A stretch of 64,000 bases of DNA from Endomicrobiia bacterium (lineage in GTDB: Bacteria > Elusimicrobiota > Endomicrobiia > DTEH01): NCBI GenBank assembly GCA_039630545.1, contig JBCNUU010000003.1, positions 130,679 to 194,678 of the forward strand. The letters run 5' to 3'. The notes below the pieces were generated by a model. It saw nothing but the letters and a program-made list of their open reading frames with translations. It was not told where the DNA came from and did no database searches. The translations under genes were made by a program, and so were the position numbers. Every line of letters begins with the position of its first letter. The stretch's first letter is position 1. Shown here piece after piece: positions 19,965 to 30,291 of this stretch.

Positions 19965-20642
19965 ATCTTTTATGTATATTTTTACTTTTAAGTTGTTATT
20001 TAGCTGTTTATACCAATTCTCTAAAACAGCAGTTTGTTTTTCTTGCAATAGTTCTTTTTGAAGTTTTTCTTTTTCTTCTTCAGTTTTTGGATTTTTAAGT
20101 TTAATATAATCTTCTATTTCTTTCTGAGAAAGTTTCACTCCAGAGGCTATAAATTCTCTAAGTTTAAACATTGCTATTCTTTTTCTTTGCGATTCTTCAA
20201 ATTCTTTTGGTGTCATTTTTAATCTTAAAATAACAACTTTATAATATGTTTCTCTATCAAAGTAACCATTTTTTTGAAAAGCAGGAATGCTCATTATGTG
20301 GTAGTTAAGTTCCTGATCTGTTACTTTGATACCATATTTTTTAGCTTCTTGCCAGAAAACTTCTTCACGAATTAAATCTCCTAAAACTTGTTGTTTGATG
20401 GACTTTATTATCTCATCATTTATTTCGTTATTTTGGTTCCTGTAGTTTTCAATTGATTGGTTTACAAGTCTATTATATTTAGAAATAGGTATTTTTGTTC
20501 CGTTTACCACAGCAGCTGTGTGTACTATGTTTGAGTATCTTATATACCCACCAAATCCTAAAAATATGCCGCCAATAAACCCAACAGTGGTAATGATTAA
20601 AATATTCTGTTTATGTTTTCTTAAATAGTTAAATATATTCAT
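19959..20642 (-). CDS. SurA/PpiD N-terminal domain protein without PPIase domain
   Basis: LRKH...TM...AAVVNGTKI, LIREE, QEAKKYGIKVTDQEL, IPAFQKNGYFD; ATG at 20642. Confidence 0.82.
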   Translation of the reverse strand: MNIFNYLRKHKQNILIITTVGFIGGIFLGFGGYIRYSNIVHTAAVVNGTKIPISKYNRLVNQSIENYRNQNNEINDEIIKSIKQQVLGDLIREEVFWQEAKKYGIKVTDQELNYHIMSIPAFQKNGYFDRETYYKVVILRLKMTPKEFEESQRKRIAMFKLREFIASGVKLSQKEIEDYIKLKNPKTEEEKEKLQKELLQEKQTAVLENWYKQLNNNLKVKIYIKDL

Positions 20643-20705
20643 AAGTTTTGATTTTCTATAAAAAAAATAATAATTAGTCAACTGTTCTTTTAAAATTTAA
20701 CAAAG

Positions 20706-20734
20706 TTGACAAAATAAAAAAATTTTTGTAGAAT
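20706..20734 (+). promoter_or_regulatory. Sigma70-type promoter for the TPR lipoprotein-leuB transcript
   Basis: TTGACA (20706-20711), 17-nt spacer, TAGAAT (20729-20734) in a divergent intergenic gap. Confidence 0.65.
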
Positions 20735-20786
20735 ATAAAAACTTTTGTTTTCATTCAAGAAATATGTCTTTATATCTTTACAATTA

Positions 20787-21629
20787 ATGAAAAATATAAA
20801 AGGCTTTCTTCTAATAAAGTATATTTTTTTATTTTTAATTTTCTCTTGTAGTAGTCCAGATAGGTTGTTAAAAAGCGCAATAGAAGATGAGAAAAAAAAT
20901 AGATACGATAAAGCTGAACAGAAATACTTGACATTAATTGTAAAGTTTCCTCATAGTAGAGATGTGGTTGAAGCAAAATATAGATTGGGTTTAATCTATA
21001 AAGATATAATGAAAGACTATGCTCAAGCAATAATGTGGTTTTCAGATATTATAAAGAATCATCAAGATTCAGAATTTTACAAACCAGCAGAAGTAGGAAT
21101 TTTGGAGTCACCTGATTATATAGGAGCTTTAGATAATAACTCAGTTATATTAGGAGATGTGGAAACTGGCGGAAAAAACATGAAGATAGTTAATGAGTTT
21201 GACAAAATTGATTTTGACCTTTACAAGTGTATATGCAAATTGTATGCAGGTGAAAAGCTTGTGCGTCAGGAGATTAAGTTTTATTTAAAGACATCTCAAG
21301 AAATAAGAGAATACGATGTTAATCCAAAAATGTCTAAAGAAAAAAATTTGAAATATTCTATAGTATTTAGACTTCCTGTAGAAGCAGGTACCAAATGGGT
21401 AACAAAAAAAGAAGATAAAGAGGTCATATATACTATTGTAGCAAAAGATATAAGGGTTAAATTAAAAAATCATGAATTTAACAATTGTGTTAAGATTTTA
21501 GAAACCTATAAGGGTCAGGAAGGGATAAGATATCTTTATTATGCTGCTGGTAAGGGATGTATAAAAATTGCAACTTCTTCTGTTAAAAAACCAAATCAAG
21601 AATTTAGTGTTTTAGAACTAATAGAATAA
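20787..21629 (+). CDS. TPR-containing putative lipoprotein with beta-rich C-terminal domain
   Basis: Signal peptide ending FLIFSC; BamD/CpoB-like TPR pattern (KFPHS..VVEAKYRLGLIY); ATG at 20787. Confidence 0.7.
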   Translation: MKNIKGFLLIKYIFLFLIFSCSSPDRLLKSAIEDEKKNRYDKAEQKYLTLIVKFPHSRDVVEAKYRLGLIYKDIMKDYAQAIMWFSDIIKNHQDSEFYKPAEVGILESPDYIGALDNNSVILGDVETGGKNMKIVNEFDKIDFDLYKCICKLYAGEKLVRQEIKFYLKTSQEIREYDVNPKMSKEKNLKYSIVFRLPVEAGTKWVTKKEDKEVIYTIVAKDIRVKLKNHEFNNCVKILETYKGQEGIRYLYYAAGKGCIKIATSSVKKPNQEFSVLELIE

Positions 21630-21656
21630 TTTTTATGTCCAAGGAGAATTACTTAA

Positions 21657-22715
21657 ATGAAAACTTATAAAATTGCAGTAATTCCTGGTGATGGGACAGG
21701 ACCTGAGGTTGTTGCTGAAGGAATTAAAGTTTTAAAAGAAGCAGCCAAAAAATATAATATTAAAATTGAGTTCGTTAAATTTGATTTTGGAGGTGAAAGA
21801 TATTTAAGAACAGGTGAAACATTACCTGATAGTGCTATTGAAGAACTAAGAAAGTTTGATGCAATATACCTTGGAGCGATTGGTCATCCAGATGTAAAAC
21901 CGGGAATTTTAGAAGTAGGAATATTGTTGAAGTTAAGATTTGTGTTTGATCAATATATAAATTTAAGGCCGGTAAAGCTTTACAGAAAGGAAGATACTCC
22001 ACTAAAAGACAAAGAACCGCAAGATATAGATTTTGTTGTAATAAGAGAAAATACAGGTGGTCTGTATAGTGGTATAGGAGGAATTCAACAAAAGAACACC
22101 AAAAATGAAATAGCTACTCAACTTATGATTTATTCATATCATCAAGTGGAAAGATGTATAAGATATGCTTATGAATATACAAAAAAAAGAAACAAAAAAA
22201 AACAACTCACTTTAGTTCATAAAATAAATGTTTTAACTTACTGTGGAGATTTATGGTGGAGAGTTTTTCAGGAAGTAGGCAAAGAATATCCAGATATAAA
22301 ACAAGATTACAACCATGTAGATGCATGCTGTATGTGGTTTGTTAAATCTCCAGAGTTTTATGATGTAATAGTAACAGAAAATATGTTTGGAGATATTATT
22401 ACTGATTTAGCTGCTATAATCCAGGGAGGGTTAGGGATCGCAGCTGGAGCAAACATAAATCCATCAGGAATTTCAATGTTTGAGCCAATGGGTGGTTCTG
22501 CACCAAAATATACTGGTAAAAATGTAATAAATCCTCTAGCAGCAATATACGCAGCAGCAATGATGATGGATTTTTTAGGTGAAAAAGAAGCATCCCAAGC
22601 AATTGAAGAAGCTATAAAGAAAGCACTTTTAAGTGGAAAAATAAAAAGTTTATCTGCAGGAAAGATGGGGCTTTCAACTACAGAAGTTGGTGATTTAGTT
22701 GCAAGTTTGATTTGA
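21657..22715 (+). CDS. leuB: 3-isopropylmalate dehydrogenase
   Basis: IAVIPGDGTGPEV, NLRPVKL, RENTGGLY, NMFGDIITD, FEPMGGSAP motifs. Confidence 0.92.
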   Translation: MKTYKIAVIPGDGTGPEVVAEGIKVLKEAAKKYNIKIEFVKFDFGGERYLRTGETLPDSAIEELRKFDAIYLGAIGHPDVKPGILEVGILLKLRFVFDQYINLRPVKLYRKEDTPLKDKEPQDIDFVVIRENTGGLYSGIGGIQQKNTKNEIATQLMIYSYHQVERCIRYAYEYTKKRNKKKQLTLVHKINVLTYCGDLWWRVFQEVGKEYPDIKQDYNHVDACCMWFVKSPEFYDVIVTENMFGDIITDLAAIIQGGLGIAAGANINPSGISMFEPMGGSAPKYTGKNVINPLAAIYAAAMMMDFLGEKEASQAIEEAIKKALLSGKIKSLSAGKMGLSTTEVGDLVASLI

Positions 22716-22747
22716 TTATAGATTTTTATTTTTTATTATTATGAATT

Positions 22748-24115
22748 ATGAGTAAAAATAAGCTATATATAAAAACACAAACAAAACGAGATATAAAAAT
22801 AATAAAAGAAACGAGTGAACAATTTACAATGTTTAAGGTTGAAAAATTTCCCTCATATGATGAGATACTTAAAGATTATTCAAAAGAATTTTCAAATTAT
22901 ATCCTCCCACAAGGAGATACAACTTTTGGATTTTGGATGCAAACATTAGCAGATCTAGAACTGTTAGATTTAGAGTTACAAGGATTGGTTGAAGAGTATG
23001 AGATAAACCCCTTAAAAAGAACAGTCAAATTTAAAGGAGATGAAGAATTAGTGAGGATGAGAATAGCACATCTTGAAAAAGTTGAAAACAAACCAACACT
23101 TTATGCAGAATTGGTTGATATGTTTGGAGATACAAATGCATATGGATTTCATAATTTATATCCTTATAAAGGTAAGTTTTATCCAAGAGTTGTAAGAACT
23201 CTGATAAATGCGTTTAAATTAGATAGAAATTCAATAATTCTTGATCCATTTAATGGTTCAGGGACAACTACTCATGAAGCTTCATTAATGGGGATAAAAA
23301 GTGTTGGTGTAGATATTACACCTATGGGGGTAATTTTAGCAGAACTTAAAAATGAATTACTTTTTTTAAAAGAAAAAGAACTTAATTTCACAATAGATGA
23401 ATTAGAAGAAATTTTGAAATTAATAGAAGAAAAAAAATGGAAACACAGTAACTCAACAGTTTATAAGTTGATGTTAGTAATATATTTTGACACTGTAGAT
23501 GCTCTTTTGAGGACTTCGAAGTATAACAGAAAAGGAAAGATTAAGCTTTTTATTGAAAAATTTAATTATATAGTAGATTGTCATAAAAAAATACAAAAAG
23601 TAAAGGATAAATATAAACTTAATTTTGAACATGCTAAAATTATTCAAGGAGATGCTCTTGAAATTAAAAATATAAATGAAATAAAAGAAAAATTTGATGC
23701 TTGCATTACAAGCCCTCCTTATTATTTTTCTATAGATTATGTAGGTAAAGATAAAATAGCATATGATTATTTAGGCATCGACATAAAGCAAATAGAAAGT
23801 AAATATTTAGGTATGAAAAGTGAAGTTTCCTATCGTCAAAATACTTTTGATAGGTTACCATTGAAGGTATTAAGATATTATGAGGATCTAAAGGAAGCTA
23901 TAAAAAATATTTATTGGGCATTAAAGACAGGTGCTAATCTTGCAATTATAATTGGAGATAGTACTGTAAATGGGAGAAAGATCCCCACAACTATGGTTAC
24001 TAAAAAATTCTGTGAAGAAATAGGATTCAAATTCGAAAAATTGATATTTAATCCTTTGTTAGGTGTAAGAAATAGAGCAATAAGAGGAGAAAGTATAATA
24101 ATTTGTCACAAATAA
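22748..24115 (+). CDS. DNA amino-methyltransferase (probable N4-cytosine) with N-terminal extension
   Basis: HNLYPYKGKFYP, SAM-binding DPFNGSGTT, followed by catalytic TSPPY. Confidence 0.88.
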   Translation: MSKNKLYIKTQTKRDIKIIKETSEQFTMFKVEKFPSYDEILKDYSKEFSNYILPQGDTTFGFWMQTLADLELLDLELQGLVEEYEINPLKRTVKFKGDEELVRMRIAHLEKVENKPTLYAELVDMFGDTNAYGFHNLYPYKGKFYPRVVRTLINAFKLDRNSIILDPFNGSGTTTHEASLMGIKSVGVDITPMGVILAELKNELLFLKEKELNFTIDELEEILKLIEEKKWKHSNSTVYKLMLVIYFDTVDALLRTSKYNRKGKIKLFIEKFNYIVDCHKKIQKVKDKYKLNFEHAKIIQGDALEIKNINEIKEKFDACITSPPYYFSIDYVGKDKIAYDYLGIDIKQIESKYLGMKSEVSYRQNTFDRLPLKVLRYYEDLKEAIKNIYWALKTGANLAIIIGDSTVNGRKIPTTMVTKKFCEEIGFKFEKLIFNPLLGVRNRAIRGESIIICHK

Positions 24116-24117
24116 TT

Positions 24118-25356
24118 ATGAAAATAAGAAGACTACTTATTTCTTCAGAGCCTAAGAATGAAATTGAATCTGGGCTTAAAAGAATGTATTTAAAAAGAAT
24201 TCAAGAAATGTTCAAAAGGACTATAAGTATGGAGTCAATTTTTAATGTTTTTGATGAAATTTTTCATGGATTGTCTCAAGTATCTTCGTTAAGTGAAGAT
24301 TTACATAGCTTTTATGAGTCATTGTTGACGATAACATCATATTATCATCATAGTCAAGCAGGACGAGGTAATTTAGTAGCAAGGCTATTGGAAACATTAG
24401 GTAGCGCAGAGAAAATGGAATTTGAGTTTATTTTAACAAAAATTCCACAATTTTTAAACCAAAACATAGAATTGGAAGAAAATGAGTTAACAAAATTAAA
24501 GTTTGATGTGGTTAATTTAGTCAAAAATAATCTTATTTTTTGTGAATTAAAAATGAAAGTATATTCTGGTTGTACTGCTGGGCGTATTGAATTAATGGAG
24601 AAGTTTAATAAATTTGTTAAATTGGTTATAGAAAATGAAAGTTTCAGAAAATGTTTACAAAATTCTGGGATCAAAAATATTTTTTTAATAGGCGGTATCT
24701 TATTTGATATCCAAGGAGAACCAGCGACTCTTAAAAAAGACAAAGAATGGGGAATTTGTTATAATGGTTTGTTAAGGGGAAAGGACGATATATTAAAGAC
24801 GTTAAAAAGTAAAAACATTAAATATGAAATTGAAGAAGAAAAATCATTACAGAGGGCATTTGTGATTAACTTTATACATGGAGATATAAAGATCAATATA
24901 ATTACAGTCTATGGTAATGAAGTTATAAAATCAATTTTTGGTGGGAAAAATAAATTTGATATTAAATATTTTAAAAAACTTTTAGAAAATATGTTATATG
25001 ATGATTTATGGTTAGGACAAATAATTACCCTTAGTGAACGAGCATTATTGAGTAAAAACTTTAAAATAAATAAAAAGTTGAAAAATTATATTATCTCAAT
25101 AATTAAAAGTGAAGAATTAATGTCTGAGATAAAAAAGTTTTCTTTTACTAGAGAAGATGAAAAAATTCTTAAGGGAATTGTAAGTTTTGTATCTGAAAAG
25201 ATTAGAAAATATGATAAGGACCTGTTAGGACTTCATCCGACAATTGCAGAGATAATTATTAGTTCGTGTGGCGAGAAATATGACAGAGAAGATTATATAG
25301 CAGATATTATACAATTTTTATCTTGTGAAGAAATAACTAAAAATTTACTCAATTAG
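24118..25356 (+). CDS. Putative type II restriction endonuclease (PD-(D/E)xK-like)
   Basis: Starts 2 nt after the MTase stop; KFD-x11-ELK motif (FDVVNLVKNNLIFCELK); no other recognisable family. Confidence 0.55.
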   Translation: MKIRRLLISSEPKNEIESGLKRMYLKRIQEMFKRTISMESIFNVFDEIFHGLSQVSSLSEDLHSFYESLLTITSYYHHSQAGRGNLVARLLETLGSAEKMEFEFILTKIPQFLNQNIELEENELTKLKFDVVNLVKNNLIFCELKMKVYSGCTAGRIELMEKFNKFVKLVIENESFRKCLQNSGIKNIFLIGGILFDIQGEPATLKKDKEWGICYNGLLRGKDDILKTLKSKNIKYEIEEEKSLQRAFVINFIHGDIKINIITVYGNEVIKSIFGGKNKFDIKYFKKLLENMLYDDLWLGQIITLSERALLSKNFKINKKLKNYIISIIKSEELMSEIKKFSFTREDEKILKGIVSFVSEKIRKYDKDLLGLHPTIAEIIISSCGEKYDREDYIADIIQFLSCEEITKNLLN

Positions 25357-25373
25357 AAAGGAGTTTTAAAACA

Positions 25374-26456
25374 ATGTTTAACATAGCAGTAGTAGGAGCA
25401 ACAGGAGCAGTTGGACAGGAGATGTTGAATATGCTTGATATAAGGAATTTTCCTGTAAATAAAATATATCCTTTTGCTTCAGAGAGATCAAAAGGTAAAA
25501 AAATTATTTTTAAAAATAAAGAATATGAAGTAATTGAACTAACAAAAGAAAATGTTAAAAAATATTCAAAAGAAATCCAGCTAGCATTGTTTTCAGCTGG
25601 AGCTTCAGTTTCAAAAGAATTTGCTCCTGTTTTTGCTGAAGAAGGAATTTTTGTAGTGGATAACTCTTCTGCCTGGAGGATGGAACCAGAAGTACCACTT
25701 GTAGTCCCACAGGTAAACTCACATACTTTGTCAAAAGATAAGAAAATAATAGCAAATCCAAACTGTTCCACGATACAGATGGTTGTTGTATTGGCACCTA
25801 TTCACAAAGTAGCAAAAATCAAAAGAATAATTGTTTCCACCTACCAATCTGTTTCAGGTGCTGGTGGCAAAGCAATGATTGAACTTTATAATGAATCTCA
25901 GAAAGTTTTAGCTAATCTTTCTAAACTTGAGTCTCTTATTACAAAAGATAATACTGGTTTTTTAGTTGAAAAACAAACTCCTTCTGTGTTTCCTGTTCAG
26001 ATAGCATTTAACCTGATCCCTCAGATTGATATTTTTATGGAAAATTTGTATACTAAAGAAGAAATGAAGATGGTAAATGAAACTAAAAAAATTTTAGAAT
26101 CTCCGGATATTAAAATTTCAGCACAGTGTGTAAGAGTACCTGTATTTAGAGCACATTCCGAATCAGTATGGATTGAAACAGAAAAGAAAATATCTTCTCA
26201 AGAAGCAAGAAATATTCTTTCATCTTTAAAAGAAGTAAAAGTAATAGATGATGTGTTCAACAAAGAGGCAAGTTTTAGATATCCTACTCCACTGGAGGCA
26301 ACATGTAAGCAGGTCACCTATGTTGGAAGAATAAGAGAAGATATATCCTGCGAAAATGGGTTAGTGATGTGGATAGTTTCTGATAATCTTCTTAAAGGTG
26401 CAGCACTAAATGCTGTGGAGATTTTGGAAGAACTTTTGAATAAAAAAATCATATGA
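25374..26456 (+). CDS. asd: Aspartate-semialdehyde dehydrogenase
   Basis: VVGATGAVG, DNSSAWRM, ANPNCSTIQ, STYQSVSGAG, CVRVPVFRAHSE, DNLLKGAALNA. Confidence 0.97.
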   Translation: MFNIAVVGATGAVGQEMLNMLDIRNFPVNKIYPFASERSKGKKIIFKNKEYEVIELTKENVKKYSKEIQLALFSAGASVSKEFAPVFAEEGIFVVDNSSAWRMEPEVPLVVPQVNSHTLSKDKKIIANPNCSTIQMVVVLAPIHKVAKIKRIIVSTYQSVSGAGGKAMIELYNESQKVLANLSKLESLITKDNTGFLVEKQTPSVFPVQIAFNLIPQIDIFMENLYTKEEMKMVNETKKILESPDIKISAQCVRVPVFRAHSESVWIETEKKISSQEARNILSSLKEVKVIDDVFNKEASFRYPTPLEATCKQVTYVGRIREDISCENGLVMWIVSDNLLKGAALNAVEILEELLNKKII

Positions 26457-26472
26457 AGTTTGGAGAAATTTT

Positions 26473-27183
26473 ATGAAAAAATTAATAGTTAATGCTGACG
26501 ATTTTGGTTTTAATTCTAAAATAAATCAAGGTATAATATATGCGTTTAAAAATGGAGTTGTAACCTCAACAAGCTTAATGGTTACAAGAGAAGGATTTAA
26601 AGATGCTGTTAATCTTGCAAAGGATAATCCCAGACTTTCGGTAGGTATCCATATAGATCTGGATGATTTTTTCGAAATAGATCACAGCAGAGGAAAAATA
26701 GTGGCTAATAAAATAAATCCCCTTCCTATAGAAGAGATAAGGAAAGAAATTAAAAGACAAATAGAGATGCTTCTAAATGAAGGAATTGTGCCTGATCATT
26801 TAAGTGGACATCATCATGTACATGTGGTGGATGAAATTTTTCCTTTAATTGTTGAGATTTTAAAAGAATATAAAATCCCATCTGTAAGATTTCATAAAAA
26901 AATTCTTTATTCTGTGGAAAAATATGATGAATTTAAGAATTTATTAGATTCAAATAACATAATTTATCCGCCGTATTTTATAGAAGGGTGGTACTGGGGA
27001 AACATTGATGAACCTTATACTATAGCTGAGCTTTTAACTCATCCAGGGTATGGTGAGCTTTGGAGAGAGTATGAGTTGTCTTCAAGTTGTGATACAAAGT
27101 TAAAAATATATTTAAGAGAAAAAAACATTCAACTTATCACCTATAAGGATTTAGTTGAGGAGTTTAAAACAAAAAATAATTAA
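26473..27183 (+). CDS. ChbG/YdjC family carbohydrate deacetylase
   Basis: LIVNADDFG, TSTSLMV, GIH, DHLSGHHHVH, THPGY motifs. Confidence 0.9.
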   Translation: MKKLIVNADDFGFNSKINQGIIYAFKNGVVTSTSLMVTREGFKDAVNLAKDNPRLSVGIHIDLDDFFEIDHSRGKIVANKINPLPIEEIRKEIKRQIEMLLNEGIVPDHLSGHHHVHVVDEIFPLIVEILKEYKIPSVRFHKKILYSVEKYDEFKNLLDSNNIIYPPYFIEGWYWGNIDEPYTIAELLTHPGYGELWREYELSSSCDTKLKIYLREKNIQLITYKDLVEEFKTKNN

Positions 27184-27186
27184 GTT

Positions 27187-27918
27187 GTGGCAATTTATAA
27201 ATTATACTTAGAATATAATGGAAAAAATTTTTATGGCAGTCAGATACAGAAAAATTTAAGGACTGTCGAGAAGGTTTTAAGAGACACTCTTAATAATGTG
27301 TTGCTTAATAAATACAAACTTGCTTTAGCTTCAAGAACAGATGTTGGAGTACATGCTTTATGTAATGTCGCAAAGTTGCATGTAGATACTATTTTAGATG
27401 TCGAAGAATTTTTGACAAAGCTTAATTATTTTCTACCCGATGATTTGCAGGTAACAAAAATTTTAAAGGTAAAAAAGGATTTTGATATAAGAGAGGTAAA
27501 ATATAAACTATATCAATATACTATTTATAATTCTTTAAATAAACCTGTTTTGTATAAAGACTATGTATGGTGGATAAAAGATAAAATTTCATATTCTACT
27601 TTGAAAAAAGCTGCTAAATTTTTTTCTTCAATTAAAAAGTTTAATTTTGCAACTGCAAAAGAAGTAATCGATAAAAAAAGAAATACGATCTGTAGAATAA
27701 AAATAAAGGTGAGGAAGTTTCAAAATTTTATAATACTTAGTTTTTATGGTGATAGATTTATTTATAGACTAATAAGAAATTTAGTGTCTTTAATGGTTGA
27801 TGTAGCTACAAAAAAAATTGATTTTAAACAACTTTACAAAATAGTAGATAGCTGGGAGTGGTTTAAAAATAAACCAGCTCCTGCTTGTGGATTAGTTTTA
27901 ACTAAAATAGTCTTTTAA
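27187..27918 (+). CDS. truA: tRNA pseudouridine(38-40) synthase
   Basis: LEYNGKNFYGSQIQ, ASRTDVGVHA (catalytic Asp), APACGLVL. Confidence 0.92.
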   Translation: MAIYKLYLEYNGKNFYGSQIQKNLRTVEKVLRDTLNNVLLNKYKLALASRTDVGVHALCNVAKLHVDTILDVEEFLTKLNYFLPDDLQVTKILKVKKDFDIREVKYKLYQYTIYNSLNKPVLYKDYVWWIKDKISYSTLKKAAKFFSSIKKFNFATAKEVIDKKRNTICRIKIKVRKFQNFIILSFYGDRFIYRLIRNLVSLMVDVATKKIDFKQLYKIVDSWEWFKNKPAPACGLVLTKIVF

Positions 27919-27923
27919 AACTT

Positions 27924-29312
27924 ATGAAAAATTTTAAAGTTGGATGTGTCTTGCTTGCTGCTGGAAAAGGAACAAGGATGAAGTCCGAAACACCCAAGGT
28001 ACTTTTTGACATTTGTGGCAAGCCGATGATAGTTCATCTTCTTGACACAGTTATAAAAGTCAAAGAATTTGAAAAAATATATATAGTTATAGGATATAAA
28101 GCAGATGAAGTAAAAAATAAAATTTTGTCTTTATATGACCATAAAATTTTGAACAAAGTAATATTTGTAAAACAAGATGAGCAAAAAGGTTCGGGAGATG
28201 CTCTTTTAAAAGTAAAGAGATACTCAGAAAAGATGAATTGTTTAGCTGTTATTTCTGCTGATGTTCCATTAATTTCAGAAGCAACCATTAAGATGTTAGT
28301 AGAGTCGCATCTTAAGGAAAAAGTTGAATGCACCGTTTTGACTACAACAATGGATAATCCATATGGTTATGGTAGAATAATAAGAGATATCTCTAAAAAA
28401 TTTATTGAAATAGTAGAAGAAGTAGATGCCAATGATTCACAGAAAAAAATAAAAGAAATAAACACAGGGATATATGTATTTAGTCTTCCTGTGTTATGGA
28501 AAGCTTTAAGTAAAATAAAGCCAGATAACAAAAAAAAGGAATATTATTTGACAGACGCAGTGAAGTATTTAACTACTAAAAATGCTTTACTATGTAGCAA
28601 TTCAGATGAGCTTAAAGGTGTAAACACAAAAGAAGACCTAACAGAAATAATAGATATTGTAAGAAAAAGAATAATAAAAAAACTTTTGTTAGATGGAGTA
28701 AATATACATTCACCTGACACTATATATATTGATTTAAATACAAAAATTTTACAAGATACAGAAATATTTCAGGGATCTACTATCTGTAATTCAGAAATTA
28801 AAAGTTTCTGTAAAATAGGACCTTTTTCTTACATAGATACCTCAAGGATTGAAAATAACACTCATATATTATATTCATATATTGTTAACACTCAAATAGG
28901 CAATAACTGCAAAATAGGTCCTTTTAGCAAAATTTTAGATACAAAAATTTGTAACAATGTAATAATAGGTAACTTTGCAGAGGTTATACGAAGTGTAATA
29001 AGTGATAATGTTAAGATAAAACATCACAGCTACATAGGTGATACAGAAATTGAAAATAAAGTAAATATTGGAGCAGGAGTTATTACTTGCAATTATGATG
29101 GAGTAAGGAAGAATAAAACTTATATAGGTCAAAATACTTTTGTTGGTTCTAATGTAAACTTAGTGGCACCTATAAAAATTGGTAAAAATGTATTGATAGC
29201 AGCAGGTTCTACTATAACAAAGGATGTCCCAGACAATACTTTAGCAATCGCTCGAACAAAAGAAATTTTTAAACAGAATCATCCTATAATAAAAAATTTA
29301 GTTGGTAAATAA
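27924..29312 (+). CDS. glmU: Bifunctional UDP-GlcNAc pyrophosphorylase/glucosamine-1-phosphate acetyltransferase
   Basis: LAAGKGTRMKS, GYGRIIR, EINTGIY, EYYLTD, hexapeptide repeats, NIGAGVITCNYDG. Confidence 0.95.
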   Translation: MKNFKVGCVLLAAGKGTRMKSETPKVLFDICGKPMIVHLLDTVIKVKEFEKIYIVIGYKADEVKNKILSLYDHKILNKVIFVKQDEQKGSGDALLKVKRYSEKMNCLAVISADVPLISEATIKMLVESHLKEKVECTVLTTTMDNPYGYGRIIRDISKKFIEIVEEVDANDSQKKIKEINTGIYVFSLPVLWKALSKIKPDNKKKEYYLTDAVKYLTTKNALLCSNSDELKGVNTKEDLTEIIDIVRKRIIKKLLLDGVNIHSPDTIYIDLNTKILQDTEIFQGSTICNSEIKSFCKIGPFSYIDTSRIENNTHILYSYIVNTQIGNNCKIGPFSKILDTKICNNVIIGNFAEVIRSVISDNVKIKHHSYIGDTEIENKVNIGAGVITCNYDGVRKNKTYIGQNTFVGSNVNLVAPIKIGKNVLIAAGSTITKDVPDNTLAIARTKEIFKQNHPIIKNLVGK

Positions 29313-29327
29313 ATTATGAAATAAATT

Positions 29328-30272
29328 ATGAACACACTTCGTATATTTAGCGGGAATGCAAATATTGAGCTTTACAAAGAAATAGTAGCTAATTTAAGTA
29401 TTCCAGAAGGTAGAATTTATGTAGGAAGATTTGCAGATGGAGAAATTGAAGTAAAAATTGAAGAAAACATTCGTGGAAAAGATTGTTTTGTAGTGCAACC
29501 AACATCTCCTCCTGTTAATGAAAATTTGATGGAGCTTCTGGTAATAATTGATGCATTAAAAAGAGCCTCCGCTGCAAGAATAACAGCAGTTATTCCTTAT
29601 TTTGGATATGCAAGACAAGACAGGAAATCAGAACCAAGGGTTCCTATTACTTCAAAACTGGTTGCTAACTTGTTGGTAGCTGCTGGAACAAATAGAGTTT
29701 TGACTATAGATCTTCATGCTGGGCAGATTCAGGGTTTTTTTGATATTCCTGTAGATCATTTGTACGCAACTCCTGTTTTTTTAGAGTATCTTTCTTCTCA
29801 TCCTGATTTTGAAGATAAACAGAAAGTAGTAGTGGTTTCTCCGGATGCAGGTGGTGTAGAGAGAGCAAGAGCTTTTGCTAAAAGATTAGATACTTCACTA
29901 GCTATTGTAGATAAAAGAAGGCCTTCACCTAATCAAGCCGAGGTTTTAAATGTGATAGGAGATGTGAAAAATAAAGTTGCTGTGATATTTGATGATATTA
30001 TAGATACTGGTGGTACGATAATAAAGGTAGTTGAAAGATTAAAAAAAGAAGGTGCAAAAAAGGTGTATGCTATATGTACTCATCCTGTATTAAGTAAAGG
30101 TGCTGAAAAGAAAGTAGAAGAGTCACCGCTTGAAAAACTTTTAGTAACCAATACAATTCCGATAGGGAACAAAAAAAATATAAAAATAGAAGTACTGTCG
30201 GTTGGCAAACTTTTAGCAGAGGCAATTAAAAGAATTCATCTTAATACTTCAGTAAGTGAGTTATTTGTTTAA
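29328..30272 (+). CDS. prs: Ribose-phosphate pyrophosphokinase
   Basis: FADGE, PYFGYARQDRK, DLHAGQIQGFF, VSPDAGG, DDIIDTGGT. Confidence 0.97.
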   Translation: MNTLRIFSGNANIELYKEIVANLSIPEGRIYVGRFADGEIEVKIEENIRGKDCFVVQPTSPPVNENLMELLVIIDALKRASAARITAVIPYFGYARQDRKSEPRVPITSKLVANLLVAAGTNRVLTIDLHAGQIQGFFDIPVDHLYATPVFLEYLSSHPDFEDKQKVVVVSPDAGGVERARAFAKRLDTSLAIVDKRRPSPNQAEVLNVIGDVKNKVAVIFDDIIDTGGTIIKVVERLKKEGAKKVYAICTHPVLSKGAEKKVEESPLEKLLVTNTIPIGNKKNIKIEVLSVGKLLAEAIKRIHLNTSVSELFV

Positions 30273-30291
30273 TTTTAGAAAGGAGAAAAAA

